NCBI GenBank assembly: GCA_016844585.1
Contig: JAERMM010000006.1
Span: 1 to 56,665, forward strand
Length of the DNA stretch: 56,665 nt
From: Chloroflexota bacterium
GTDB lineage: Bacteria; Chloroflexota; UBA6077; SHYK01
Direction: 5' to 3'
The notes below the pieces were generated by a model. That model was not told the origin of the DNA. It searched no databases and saw nothing but the letters and a program-made list of their open reading frames with translations. Shown here one piece after another: positions 1-7,860 of this stretch. How positions within the stretch are numbered: the stretch's first letter is position 1; each line of letters opens with the position of its first letter. Made by a program: the position numbers and the translations under genes.

Positions 1-291
1 TACGGCGGATGGGACGACCCGGGATTTGGGGCCGCCCCGCGATTCGGTTGTGGTGGGACTTGCCATTTCGCTGCCTCCTCGGAACTCATCCAGTGACGCC
101 GTGTGTCCGGCGCGCCCGCTGACGCACTTGGGCACAGTCTACGCACCCTGATTGGGGAGAATCAAATCCAGCCATCACCGCGTGCGAGCGTGCGGCAGCG
201 ACGGATCCCACAGCAGCGGCGGTTCACTTGACAGCTCTCGCCGTGGACTGTTATCTACGCGCGCGGACGCCGCTGGCGTCACGGAGGGAAC

Positions 292-1455
292 ATGCCGGTT
301 GGAACCCTTCCCGGCGATGGCCGCGCGAGCGGACCGAATCGCGTCGAAGCGCTTGACTTCACGCACACCGGACCAGGCGCACTGGCCGGCCGCTACTTGC
401 GCACGTTCTGGCAGCCGGTATTCGTGGCGGCTGATCTGCCTGCCGGCCGAAGTGTTCCGATCCGCATCATGGACGAGCAACTCACCCTCTATCGGGGCGA
501 GACCGGTACAGCGCATCTCGTCGCATTCCGCTGCGCGCATCGTGGAACGCAGCTTTCGACCGGCTGGGTTGAGGGCGACGACCTTCGATGCTTCTATCAC
601 GGCTGGAAGTACGACGCGACTGGACAGTGCATCGAGCAACCCGCCGAGCCAGAACCGTTCTGCGGTCGCATCAGCATTCGAGCGTTTCCCACTGAAGAGT
701 ACATTGGCCTGATCTTCGCCTACCTCGGCGAGGGTCAGCCGCCGCTGCTCCCACGGTATCCGGAGTTCGAGGACTCGGATAGCGCCTTGGAGGCGGGCCG
801 CGCGGACTGGCCCTGCAATTTTTTCCAGCGCAACGAGAACACGCCGGATCTCACCCACGTTGCCTTCGTCCATCGTCAGTCCTCGCCGGCCATTCCGCGC
901 ATGGAGTCGGCGACGGAGACGGATTTCGGAATCGCCGTCTCGGTGAGCTACCCGGACGGAAGTGCCTCGACTGCGCGATTGCAGATGCCAAACAAGAGCC
1001 AGTTTCGGCTGCCACCCCGATCGGCCGACGAGGTCAGGGGCCGCGACAACGTGTTCTGGCGGGTGCCAGTCGACGACGACAACCATGTGAGCTTCAGCGC
1101 CACAGTCATGCACCTGACTCCAGAAGCCGCCCGCCAGGCCGCCGATAAGCCGCGAATCGCAAACGGCGCCGACCACCTTCAACGCATCCGTGAGCTGGGG
1201 GACTCGGTCCTGGCTGGCGCCGCGCATATCTCAGATGTGATGCAGGGGCCCTATGACCGCGTCACCATCATGGAGGTGCAGGATTACGTATCGATGGTCG
1301 GCCAGGGGAACAACGTCGACCGCGGCCTTGACCATCCCGGGCGTGCCGATCTAGGCATCGTGCTGCTTCGCAAGGTGTGGGAGCGCGAGCTTCAGGCCCT
1401 TGCGGACGGTAGGCCGCTCACCCAATGGGACAGGACTCCACTACCGGGCCCTTGA
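292..1455 (+). CDS. Rieske [2Fe-2S] non-heme iron oxygenase, alpha-subunit-like
   Basis: 387-aa ORF. Rieske motif CAHRGTQLSTGWVEGDDLRCFYHGW (CxH...CxxH), then a mononuclear-iron type motif NENTPDLTHVAFVH. Confidence 0.8.
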   Translation: MPVGTLPGDGRASGPNRVEALDFTHTGPGALAGRYLRTFWQPVFVAADLPAGRSVPIRIMDEQLTLYRGETGTAHLVAFRCAHRGTQLSTGWVEGDDLRCFYHGWKYDATGQCIEQPAEPEPFCGRISIRAFPTEEYIGLIFAYLGEGQPPLLPRYPEFEDSDSALEAGRADWPCNFFQRNENTPDLTHVAFVHRQSSPAIPRMESATETDFGIAVSVSYPDGSASTARLQMPNKSQFRLPPRSADEVRGRDNVFWRVPVDDDNHVSFSATVMHLTPEAARQAADKPRIANGADHLQRIRELGDSVLAGAAHISDVMQGPYDRVTIMEVQDYVSMVGQGNNVDRGLDHPGRADLGIVLLRKVWERELQALADGRPLTQWDRTPLPGP

Positions 1456-1466
1456 TGGGACTCGGT

Positions 1467-3218
1467 CTATGGGACATCCCACTCGTGGGAGTTGCGCGAG
1501 AACGTGCCGAACAAACGGCTCGGCTCGGCGCCGCCCATGAAGTCGTCGAGCGCCTTGATGCCTGCGCGAACGGCCGGAGTCGTGGGGTTGAAGTACAGAG
1601 GCAGCACCGGCAGGTCTTCCGCGACGAGGTCCGACACCGCGCGAATCGCGATGCCCTGGTCTCGCTCCGGCACACTCTGTCGATAGCGGTCAACGAGGTC
1701 GTCCATCCGCGGACTCTTGTAGCCACCACGGTTGGCGCCCGAATAGTTGGTACTGGCAACGGAGGCCGTCCTGCTGTCGAAGCGGGAGAGGATCGAGTCG
1801 CTGGAGCCACGCGCCGACGTCTCGAAACCCGGGTACTTCGTGCGCGCCTCGCGGTCACGGACGATGGCGCCGGCGATGATGTACTGCTCGGCAAACACGC
1901 CAATCTGCTTCCAGTAGTCGGCGATCACGGCGATCTCACGCTCGCCGCCCTCCGTCGTCCAGAGCGAGGTACCAAAGCGCCGACCGTCAGGACCGACCAG
2001 AACACCGTCACCGCCGGGATTCCAGCCGAGCTGGGTCAACATGCCGCGGGACCGAGCCGGATCGTAGGTATAGCGGGCGAAGCCGTCTTTCGTCGCTTCG
2101 TACAGGCGATCCCCAGGCGGCAACAGTGAGTTGGCAAACAACTCGCCATGACCGAGCTGCACGGCGTCCGACACCGACTTGCGGTCCACCGCGTAGTAGA
2201 GGGCCTGACGCACTCGCGGGTCCAGCGCCGGCGGGAATTGCTGCACGGCGGGATCGAACTGGGGCGCGATGAAGCGCGTTGTCCCTGTGCCCACATGTAC
2301 GATGCCCTTGCCGCCGCGCTCCCACTCGTCCTTCAACTGCAAGCCGAGCTCGGCGCTAAGCGAGTTGTCCATCAAGATATCGATGGCGCCTGCCAGCGTC
2401 GCGGCGTACAGGCTTGTCTCATCGTTGGAGACACGCACGATTACTCGATCGACCTTGGGTCGTCCGAGGAAGTACCCGTCGAACGCGGTGAAGGCGAGTG
2501 ACTCGCCGGCATGAAACTCCGAAAGCCGAAACGGCCCCAGATGGACGTACTCGCTGGTCCAGTAGGGCAGATTGATAAACGCGGCTCGGTCGATGGTCCG
2601 GTACTGCCCCTCCAGGATGTGGCGCGGATGCGGCCACATAGCGCGCAGGCCGACCGAGTCGGCCTGATAGTAGGGACCGCGCCAGTAGATAACAAATGTG
2701 TAGTCGTCGAGGGCCTCTACCGAGTGCATCTCCTGAATGGCGTCGCGGTTCAGGAAAGGCATGCCCTTGTCGGAGTTGAGCTCGAAGCCGAAGGTCAGGT
2801 CGTGGGCCGTGAAGGGCGTTCCATCCTGCCAGGTCACATCCCGGCGCAGCGGGTAGACCGTCTTCATGCGCCCGTCGGCGAGGATCTCAATGTTCCCGCT
2901 GTCGATCGAAGGGAGCTGCGACGCGACGCGTGGAATCGGGCGCTGAACGTTGCGGTCGGCAGTCACAAGGCCCTGCGAGTGCAGCTCGTTCAACGACTGC
3001 CAGCCGCCGCTCGTGGTGCTGCTCCCCATGATCGACAGAGCGTCGACGGCGTTGGAGACGCCGACGACAATGCTCTTCGTGCGAGTGGGGCTACTGCTGG
3101 TCCCCGGTGAATCCGCGGGAGCAATTGAAATAGACGGCTGGGCCGGAGCGCAAGCCATGAGCGCCAACGTTAGAGAAGCGGCGGCGGCAAGCGGATGTCT
3201 GACCCAGATCCGTTGCAT
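1467..3218 (-). CDS. ABC transporter substrate-binding lipoprotein, family 5 (peptide/nickel type)
   Basis: 583-aa ORF. Signal peptide with lipobox (LALMACAP) and family-5 SBP-like sequence throughout. Paralog of 16657-18339. No permease or ATPase gene adjacent. Confidence 0.8.
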   Translation of the reverse strand: MQRIWVRHPLAAAASLTLALMACAPAQPSISIAPADSPGTSSSPTRTKSIVVGVSNAVDALSIMGSSTTSGGWQSLNELHSQGLVTADRNVQRPIPRVASQLPSIDSGNIEILADGRMKTVYPLRRDVTWQDGTPFTAHDLTFGFELNSDKGMPFLNRDAIQEMHSVEALDDYTFVIYWRGPYYQADSVGLRAMWPHPRHILEGQYRTIDRAAFINLPYWTSEYVHLGPFRLSEFHAGESLAFTAFDGYFLGRPKVDRVIVRVSNDETSLYAATLAGAIDILMDNSLSAELGLQLKDEWERGGKGIVHVGTGTTRFIAPQFDPAVQQFPPALDPRVRQALYYAVDRKSVSDAVQLGHGELFANSLLPPGDRLYEATKDGFARYTYDPARSRGMLTQLGWNPGGDGVLVGPDGRRFGTSLWTTEGGEREIAVIADYWKQIGVFAEQYIIAGAIVRDREARTKYPGFETSARGSSDSILSRFDSRTASVASTNYSGANRGGYKSPRMDDLVDRYRQSVPERDQGIAIRAVSDLVAEDLPVLPLYFNPTTPAVRAGIKALDDFMGGAEPSRLFGTFSRNSHEWDVP

Positions 3219-3249
3219 CAGATGGCCCTCCTTTGGGAAGCGCGTGGCC

Positions 3250-4137
3250 TTACCTGAGTATATCGCTGGCTCTCAGGCGTGGGAGCATGTCACCGGGTAC
3301 GAACCGCGTCACACGAGCATCCAGGCCAAGTTGAGCGACGCGGGCCACTCCCGCGCGGGCAGTGGCTCGCGAATCAAACAGGCCAAAAAAAGAGGGACCG
3401 GCTCCCGAGACCGAGGCGGCAGCCGCTCCGACGGACCGCAAAACGTCGAGCCCGGTTCCGACGACTGCCCAGCGGTCAATGGCGTAGCGGGTAAACGTGG
3501 ACTCCACCGCTTCGTATTCCAAGCGCCCCTGTGAAATCGCCAACGCTAACGCCGCCGTGCGGGAGCCGTCAGTGAAATCGTCGGGCTGGATAAGCTGATA
3601 CATCTCGCGTGTTTTCGCGCCGTTTTCGGCAGCCAGAGGCACAAGCACCATCCAGTGGTGAGGCGCATCCGGCAACAGAGCCAGGGAAGTACCGATGCCC
3701 GTGGCGAGAGCCGTTCCGCTATGGACGGCAAACGGCACGTCAGCCCCAAGAGAGGACGAGAGAGCCGCAAGTTGTTGGCGGCTGAATCCAGATCGCCACA
3801 ATGCGTTCAGGCCCCGTAGGGTGGCGCCGGCGTCAGCGCTTCCCCCACCCAAGCCCCCGGCGACCGGGATGCGCTTCAGACAAGTAATCCAACATCCGTC
3901 GTTCCCGGTGGCCTGGCCCAGCAGGTGAGCGGCCCGCAGTATCAGGTTATCGGGCGTCACCGGCATTCCATCGCAAACGAGGACGACGTCGCCGGCTGGA
4001 GAGAAACTCAGATGGTCTGCCAGGCTGATCGTCTGTAGGACTGTCGCTACCTCGTGCATCCCGTCGGATCGCCTTCCGATCACCTCAAAGGACAGATTGA
4101 TCTTGGCAAACGCCTCGACGCTGACGGAGCGCGTCAT
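3250..4137 (-). CDS. ispE: 4-diphosphocytidyl-2-C-methyl-D-erythritol kinase
   Basis: N-terminus AKINLSFEVIGRRSDGMHEV and GHMP-kinase loop GLGGGSADAGATL. 4-nt overlap with upstream rsmA, a common pairing. Confidence 0.9.
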   Translation of the reverse strand: MTRSVSVEAFAKINLSFEVIGRRSDGMHEVATVLQTISLADHLSFSPAGDVVLVCDGMPVTPDNLILRAAHLLGQATGNDGCWITCLKRIPVAGGLGGGSADAGATLRGLNALWRSGFSRQQLAALSSSLGADVPFAVHSGTALATGIGTSLALLPDAPHHWMVLVPLAAENGAKTREMYQLIQPDDFTDGSRTAALALAISQGRLEYEAVESTFTRYAIDRWAVVGTGLDVLRSVGAAAASVSGAGPSFFGLFDSRATARAGVARVAQLGLDARVTRFVPGDMLPRLRASDILR

Positions 4138-5024
4138 GACGACGCTCGCGACTCGAACTGGTGATACAGAAGGCTCCAGTCTGCGATTGAGAGAACGCCA
4201 GGGCGCCGGATTGGATCGATTCCCGCATGCCTGGCGGCCTCGAGCACATCAAGGCTCGGAGCCCCAAGCCCTTGCGCGAGTGAGTTGTGGAGCTGCTTGC
4301 GTGGCTGGCTGAATCCCGCCCGAACGAAGGCCAGGAATCGCATGACGTCGTCCACGGGAACCGCTGGGGCAGAGCGGACGTCAAGGCGGACAACCGCCGA
4401 TCGGACCTTTGGCGGCGGGAAGAACGCTCCGGGCGGCACTCGGCGCACTATAGCCGGCACGGCGAGCGTATTCATGGCAGCCCCCAGGTAGGTCAGCGCT
4501 CCGGGCCGCCCGACGACACGGTCGGCAACCTCCTCCTGCAACATCACGACGAGTCGTTGTGGGCGTGGCGGGGCGGTGAGGAGCCGGAACAGGATCGGAG
4601 AAGCCACGTGATAAGGCAGACTCGCAACGACGACGTACGGCTCGTCGATGAGGTCGACCAGGCTGACATGGAGAGCGTCAGCCTGTACAACGCGGAGGTT
4701 CTGGGGCGAGTTGAGCCGAGAGGCGAGCGAAGATGCCAGGGAGGCGTCCAGCTCGACGCCGACCACAGAGCGAGCAGCGGTCAGGAGGAGCTCAGTGAGG
4801 ATGCCGAACCCCGGCCCGATTTCCAGAACGTCATCCTGCGAGGAATTGAGGTCAGCAGCCTGGACCATGGAGCGCGCGACGGCGGGGTCGGCGAGGAACG
4901 ATTGCGAGAGGCCCCTTTTGGGGAAAGCCCCTGACTCGCGAAGGAGCTTTCGAGGGTGCCTACCCGTGGACGTGTTCGCCGACCCGCCGGCTCTGAAGCT
5001 CCGCATCGACACTGACGAAAGCAA
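4134..5024 (-). CDS. rsmA: 16S rRNA (adenine1518/1519-N6)-dimethyltransferase
   Basis: SQSFLADP, SAM motif VLEIGPGFGILTELL and SLPYHVASPILF. Start uncertain: TTG 5024 or ATG 5006. Confidence 0.85.
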   Translation of the reverse strand: MLSSVSMRSFRAGGSANTSTGRHPRKLLRESGAFPKRGLSQSFLADPAVARSMVQAADLNSSQDDVLEIGPGFGILTELLLTAARSVVGVELDASLASSLASRLNSPQNLRVVQADALHVSLVDLIDEPYVVVASLPYHVASPILFRLLTAPPRPQRLVVMLQEEVADRVVGRPGALTYLGAAMNTLAVPAIVRRVPPGAFFPPPKVRSAVVRLDVRSAPAVPVDDVMRFLAFVRAGFSQPRKQLHNSLAQGLGAPSLDVLEAARHAGIDPIRRPGVLSIADWSLLYHQFESRASS

Positions 5025-5030
5025 GGTTGC

Positions 5031-5302
5031 GGCCGTGCACCTGTCGTCGATCGCAACGCTCCCCGCGTCTCCCCGACTGGTCAGCTACGGCCCGGCGCCC
5101 CTGCGGCACCCAGGGAGCACTGTTTACCGTTGCTTCCTCCCGGACCTGGCGGGGTTCACAGGTCACTGCCGCGCAGGACCGAACCATCAACGCCACCTGG
5201 CCGGGAACTGGCCGGACAGCGCCGGACCTCGGACAGGAATTCAGCCCCGCTAGAGCGGATTGTGGGTTCAGGGCACCGCTAGCTCCCCGCCTAGCACGAC
5301 CG
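5031..5302 (-). ncRNA. ffs: Signal recognition particle RNA, long (Bacillus-type, with Alu domain)
   Basis: The reverse complement reads GTCGTGCTAGGCGGGGAGCTAGCGGTGCCCTG...AATCCGCTCTAGCGGGGC (Alu-domain-like 5' part). It continues ...GTGAACCCCGCCAGGTCCGGGAGGAAGCAACGG...GGTGCCGCAGGGGCGCCGGGCCGTAGCTGACC...CGACAGGTGCACGGCC. This matches the domain IV core (GGUCCGGAAGGAAGCAGC-like) and the overall order of B. subtilis scRNA as I remember it. The 5' GGTCGTGC pairs with the 3' GCACGGCC. Ends are approximate. Confidence 0.8.
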
Positions 5303-5308
5303 CGATCA

Positions 5309-5338
5309 ATTCTAGAAGCGGTCAGGATCCTGAGTCAA
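5309..5338 (-). promoter_or_regulatory. Candidate sigma-70 promoter of the SRP RNA
   Basis: On the minus strand, TTGACT (5338-5333), an 18-nt spacer, then TAGAAT (5314-5309), about 7 nt upstream of the predicted RNA 5' end. Confidence 0.4.
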
Positions 5339-5382
5339 TGGCTCGGTGGGACCATCCTGCAAGGCTGAGTTACCCAGCGCGG

Positions 5383-6012
5383 TCAACTGGGGATGAAGAT
5401 CAGGGGTATCAGGATCTCGTCGCCTTCGCTGGGATCGGTCCCTCGGATGCGCAGCAGGGTCACGTCGTCGACGCGGTCCGCGGGGATTGCAACGACGACG
5501 GTGAACGGGCCATGATGGTCCGGACCCGGCATTTCAGCTTTCGTGGACCCCTGGGCGACAAGGGTCCCACCTGGGCCGATCACTTCTACGAAAATAGCGC
5601 CATCTGACGTGGCTGCGGACCCGTCAACGCGAATCGGATTGGAGATCCGCACTGCAGGATCGGGCTCAGTCACGCGAATGTTCAGATTTCGCGACCAGAC
5701 GCCATAGGGAAGAACGAGGGGCTCTGGCGCCGGAAACGCGGCGTCCGGAGGGAACGGGTTCATGCCTACGAGCTCCTCGACACGGATCCCGAACCGCTCG
5801 GCGAGGAGCGTCAGTGTCTCGCCAGGTTTCGCTGTATAGCGGGCTCCAACGGGACTGCGAGGGGGCGATATGGAGAAAAGATCGTCGTCCACCGACGGCG
5901 TCGGCTGCGGACTTGGCCGCAGAGTCGGGGTGGGTGGTTGGGTTGGCTGGGTGGGAAGCGAGCATGCGCCTATGAGAAGCAGGACGATTGCGAGCGTGAT
6001 GATAGTGCGCAT
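5383..6012 (-). CDS. LysM domain lipoprotein with C-terminal Ig-like (Gmad2-like, tentative) domain
   Basis: Signal peptide with lipobox LLIGAC, Pro/Thr-rich linker, LysM segment YTAKPGETLTLLAERFGIRVEELVGMNPF, and a beta-rich C-terminal domain. Confidence 0.7.
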   Translation of the reverse strand: MRTIITLAIVLLLIGACSLPTQPTQPPTPTLRPSPQPTPSVDDDLFSISPPRSPVGARYTAKPGETLTLLAERFGIRVEELVGMNPFPPDAAFPAPEPLVLPYGVWSRNLNIRVTEPDPAVRISNPIRVDGSAATSDGAIFVEVIGPGGTLVAQGSTKAEMPGPDHHGPFTVVVAIPADRVDDVTLLRIRGTDPSEGDEILIPLIFIPS

Positions 6013-6040
6013 TGACGTTCAGGAACCCATTGAGAGAGTG

Positions 6041-6066
6041 GGCGGAGAGGGTGGGATTCGAACCCA
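6041..6066 (-). repeat. Orphan copy of tRNA-Ser 3' end (T-stem to CC), putative distal att core
   Basis: GGCGGAGAGGGTGGGATTCGAACCCA is identical to 7674-7699. Identity stops at tRNA position 49. No matching 5' acceptor strand (CCTCTCC on the plus strand) lies within 150 nt, so this is a fragment and not a gene. Confidence 0.85.
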
Positions 6067-6100
6067 GGTGCCGCCCACGGGAGTTTACCATGATCCGCAT

Positions 6101-6130
6101 TAGGCACGAATCGTCTTTCGAGCGCGCTGA
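6101..6130. repeat. Arm motif A, copy 1 (TAGGCACGAA-TCGTCTTTCGAGCG)
   Basis: 34 nt inside the left core. Aligns with 7631-7665 (10-nt exact core plus about 13 further matches with small gaps). Confidence 0.4.
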
Positions 6131-6159
6131 CGGTCCAACAAAACCCGCGATTATCCGTC

Positions 6160-6172
6160 CCCGTTGCTACAC
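6160..6172. repeat. Arm motif B, copy 1 (CCCGTTGCTACAC)
   Basis: Exact 13-mer shared with 7575-7587. GCTACAC is repeated again 6 nt downstream. Confidence 0.4.
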
Positions 6173-6200
6173 ACGTCTGCTACACGGAATCGACTACCCG

Positions 6201-6497
6201 TCACCGCCCCGAAAGCGCCGCCTGCTCGCCGCGACGAACAGCTTCCAGCTTGTAATGTGCTGCCAGGTCTGCCGACGCGCCGTCGTAGAGCACCTTCTTG
6301 ATGTACACTTGGTAAGGCAAGCCTTGGATGCGAGCTGCTTCTTTCACGATGGTCAGTTGTTCAGCGCCCCAACGAAAGTTCACGCGCACCTGAGCGCCCT
6401 CTTGCTCGGCGTCGCGTTCGGCTTCCTTCAGCATGCCGAGGATATCCGCATCGCTCTCCTCACCCACCCCCAATACCTTGACCTCGTATTTGCTCAT
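6201..6497 (-). CDS. Ribbon-helix-helix antitoxin-like protein (BrnA/CopG type)
   Basis: 98-aa ORF. The C-terminal part VNFRWGAEQLTIVKEAARIQGLPYQVYIKKVL fits the strand-helix-helix pattern and the G-(I/L)-P-Y-Q motif of BrnA-type antitoxins (family recalled from memory). Its ATG overlaps the stop of an upstream small gene (ATGA). Confidence 0.55.
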   Translation of the reverse strand: MSKYEVKVLGVGEESDADILGMLKEAERDAEQEGAQVRVNFRWGAEQLTIVKEAARIQGLPYQVYIKKVLYDGASADLAAHYKLEAVRRGEQAALSGR

Positions 6498-6822
6498 TCC
6501 CTTCCCTCCTGCAGCTCAAAGCATGACAACACGATGACTGTGCTACCTTCCCGCCCATGCAGCCATGCCCAGAACAGCACGCGCTGACCGAGTCTGCTCT
6601 CAAACCGCCGCCGCCGCTCGTTCCAGTTCCGCTCGCCCTCGAAGAACAGAGCGACCGCGTCTTCCGCTGTCACCCGTGTCGCGAATGGACATGCAAGACA
6701 CCCGACTGGTCGCGATCAAAGTACAAGCGAAAGCGCTGCCCATTGACTTCGACCTCGACAAAGTCTGTCCGCACAGTGGCACTGTAGCATTTCTGGATGC
6801 ACAGCAGCCATACATGAGCCAC
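6494..6822 (-). pseudogene. BrnT/DUF497-like toxin gene, disrupted by a frameshift
   Basis: Two consecutive minus-strand frames. The first reads ...VEVEVNGQRFRLYFDRDQSGVLHVHSRHG* (stop 6672-6670). The second reads VTAEDAVALFFEGERNWNERRRRFESRLGQRVLFWAWLHGREGSTVIVLSCFEL... (6673-6494). Joined, ...SRHGVTAEDAVALFF resembles the KHGVsFeEA..vF core of DUF497. The gene sits upstream of the antitoxin and overlaps it, as in brnTA. Confidence 0.3.
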
Positions 6823-7574
6823 CGCACGGGGCTTTCGATGGCGATTTGAGAAGTGGGCGAAATGCCGATTCAGGCACAGCAGTTGCGCCTTTCGGGGCGA
6901 TCAGCAGAAAAAGGGCGGAGACAAGATAATCGACGCTTTCGTGCCCTATGCCACCAAGGTTCTAGCCGTGGCGATGTGGCCCGATGCGAGTGAGCAATTC
7001 CAACAGAATGTGGCACTAGGGAGAGTCAGGCCAACTTCAATCAAGCGCAAGGCGAATATGGCCCCTGCCAAGTATGGTTTTCCGATGACTCGTCCGATGC
7101 CGAGGAAGGTTTTCCCAAGGCACTCGCGTCCCGGCTTTACCAAAATATCGCAAGGTCTCTTGGGGGCGAGCCTCAGGACCTATACCCGGTCGTGGTTACT
7201 ATCTTGCAGGAGCGCACGGTAGCGATGGACCTGGACACCAAAGTGAGAGCGATGGACAGCTCCCTAACGTAGAGGATCGACGGGCTCGGGGTGGCTGTCA
7301 CCCGGTTCGGCCTCGATGAGGCCAGCGCAAGACCGATCAGCCCGGTTTGCCTCGCTGGCAACCGTGGGCGTGGGCTGCGCCCTCTCGCGTCAAGGGTTCC
7401 GCTGCGCTCTGATGAACTCGGCGGAAGCTCGCCCTTGACTCGACTCACCCCTTCTTTCTTTCCCGGTATCCCTGGCCTGGGAGGCCAAGCGTTCTTCTAC
7501 AGGACGGTCGACGACTACAGTCCAGAGCACACTTCCGCGCACGCCAACGGACCATCTGGGGGACTCGCGACGCT

Positions 7575-7587
7575 CCCGTTGCTACAC
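7575..7587. repeat. Arm motif B, copy 2
   Basis: CCCGTTGCTACAC, identical to 6160-6172. Confidence 0.4.
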
Positions 7588-7593
7588 CGGCTT

Positions 7594-7616
7594 AAAACAG
7601 CCCACTTGAGGGGCTG
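7594..7616 (-). terminator. Candidate intrinsic terminator downstream of tRNA-Ser
   Basis: Minus strand CAGCCC-CTCAAGT-GGGCTG followed by TTTT, about 57 nt after the tRNA 3' end. Short stem and short T-tract, so weak. Confidence 0.35.
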
Positions 7617-7630
7617 TCAAAACACCGGTC

Positions 7631-7665
7631 TAGGCACGAAAATCGCCCTTTTCGGAGCGATAAGG
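7631..7665. repeat. Arm motif A, copy 2 (TAGGCACGAAAATCGCCCTTTTCGGAGCG)
   Basis: The 10-nt exact core (7631-7640) ends 33 nt before the right core. Aligns with 6101-6130. Confidence 0.4.
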
Positions 7666-7672
7666 AGAAAAA

Positions 7673-7760
7673 TGGCGGAGAGGGTGGGATTCGAACCCAC
7701 GAGGCGTTGCCGCCTACTCGCTTTCCAGGCGAGCGCCCTAGGCCACTAGGCGACCTCTCC
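7673..7760 (-). tRNA. tRNA-Ser (anticodon GGA), CCA encoded
   Basis: The reverse complement folds as acceptor GGAGAGG/CCTCTCC, 3-bp D stem, anticodon arm CTCGC-CTGGAAA-GCGAG, long variable arm (GGCG/CGCC stem), T arm GTGGG-TTCGAAT-CCCAC, then G-CCA. Confidence 0.95.
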
Positions 7761-7860
7761 CTGCCGCGGGGGTGGCGTGACGATTGTACGTTCCGTGCTC
7801 AGCGGCAGGCAAAAGAGGCGTCTGCTATCATCGCATTCGCGGCCGAGCAGGAGGACCGGA

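Larger units (their letters stand above)
6041..7699. mobile_element. Remnant tRNA-Ser-targeted integrative element (att-flanked, no integrase; CIME-like)
   Basis: 26-bp exact direct repeat of the tRNA-Ser 3' end at both borders. Two further motif pairs sit in mirrored positions just inside both borders. The interior carries only a BrnTA-like module and ORF-poor DNA. Confidence 0.55.

Noticed and set aside
6039-6135. Possibility that the tRNA-like sequence at 6039-6066 is a complete second tRNA-Ser, a tmRNA 3' domain or half of a permuted tRNA.
   Set aside because: There is no complementary 5' acceptor strand (CCTCTCC on the plus strand) within 150 nt. The T stem loses its first pair and the upstream sequence does not form anticodon or D arms. 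The acceptor and discriminator are those of tRNA-Ser, not the G-U/ACCA of tmRNA.
6946-7176. Minus-strand ORF ...CLGKTFLGIGRVIGKPYLAGAIFALRLIEV...SGHIATARTLVA, considered as a degraded PIN/VapC or P-loop fragment.
   Set aside because: The resemblance is limited to a few residues (GKT, IATA). There is no acidic PIN quartet or complete Walker motif, which is too weak to call.
7261-7560. Possible structured RNA (RNase P, tmRNA, 6S or SRP) in the ORF-free part of the element.
   Set aside because: I looked on both strands for GAGGAAAGTCCGGGC, ACAGAACCCGGCTTA, a tag-peptide frame ending in ..LAA, and GGTCCGGAAGGAAGCAGC. None is present.
7173-7749. ORFs 7291-7749 (+, 152 aa) and 7173-7448 (-, 91 aa).
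   Set aside because: The first runs through the tRNA-Ser gene. Both are low-complexity with no family resemblance.
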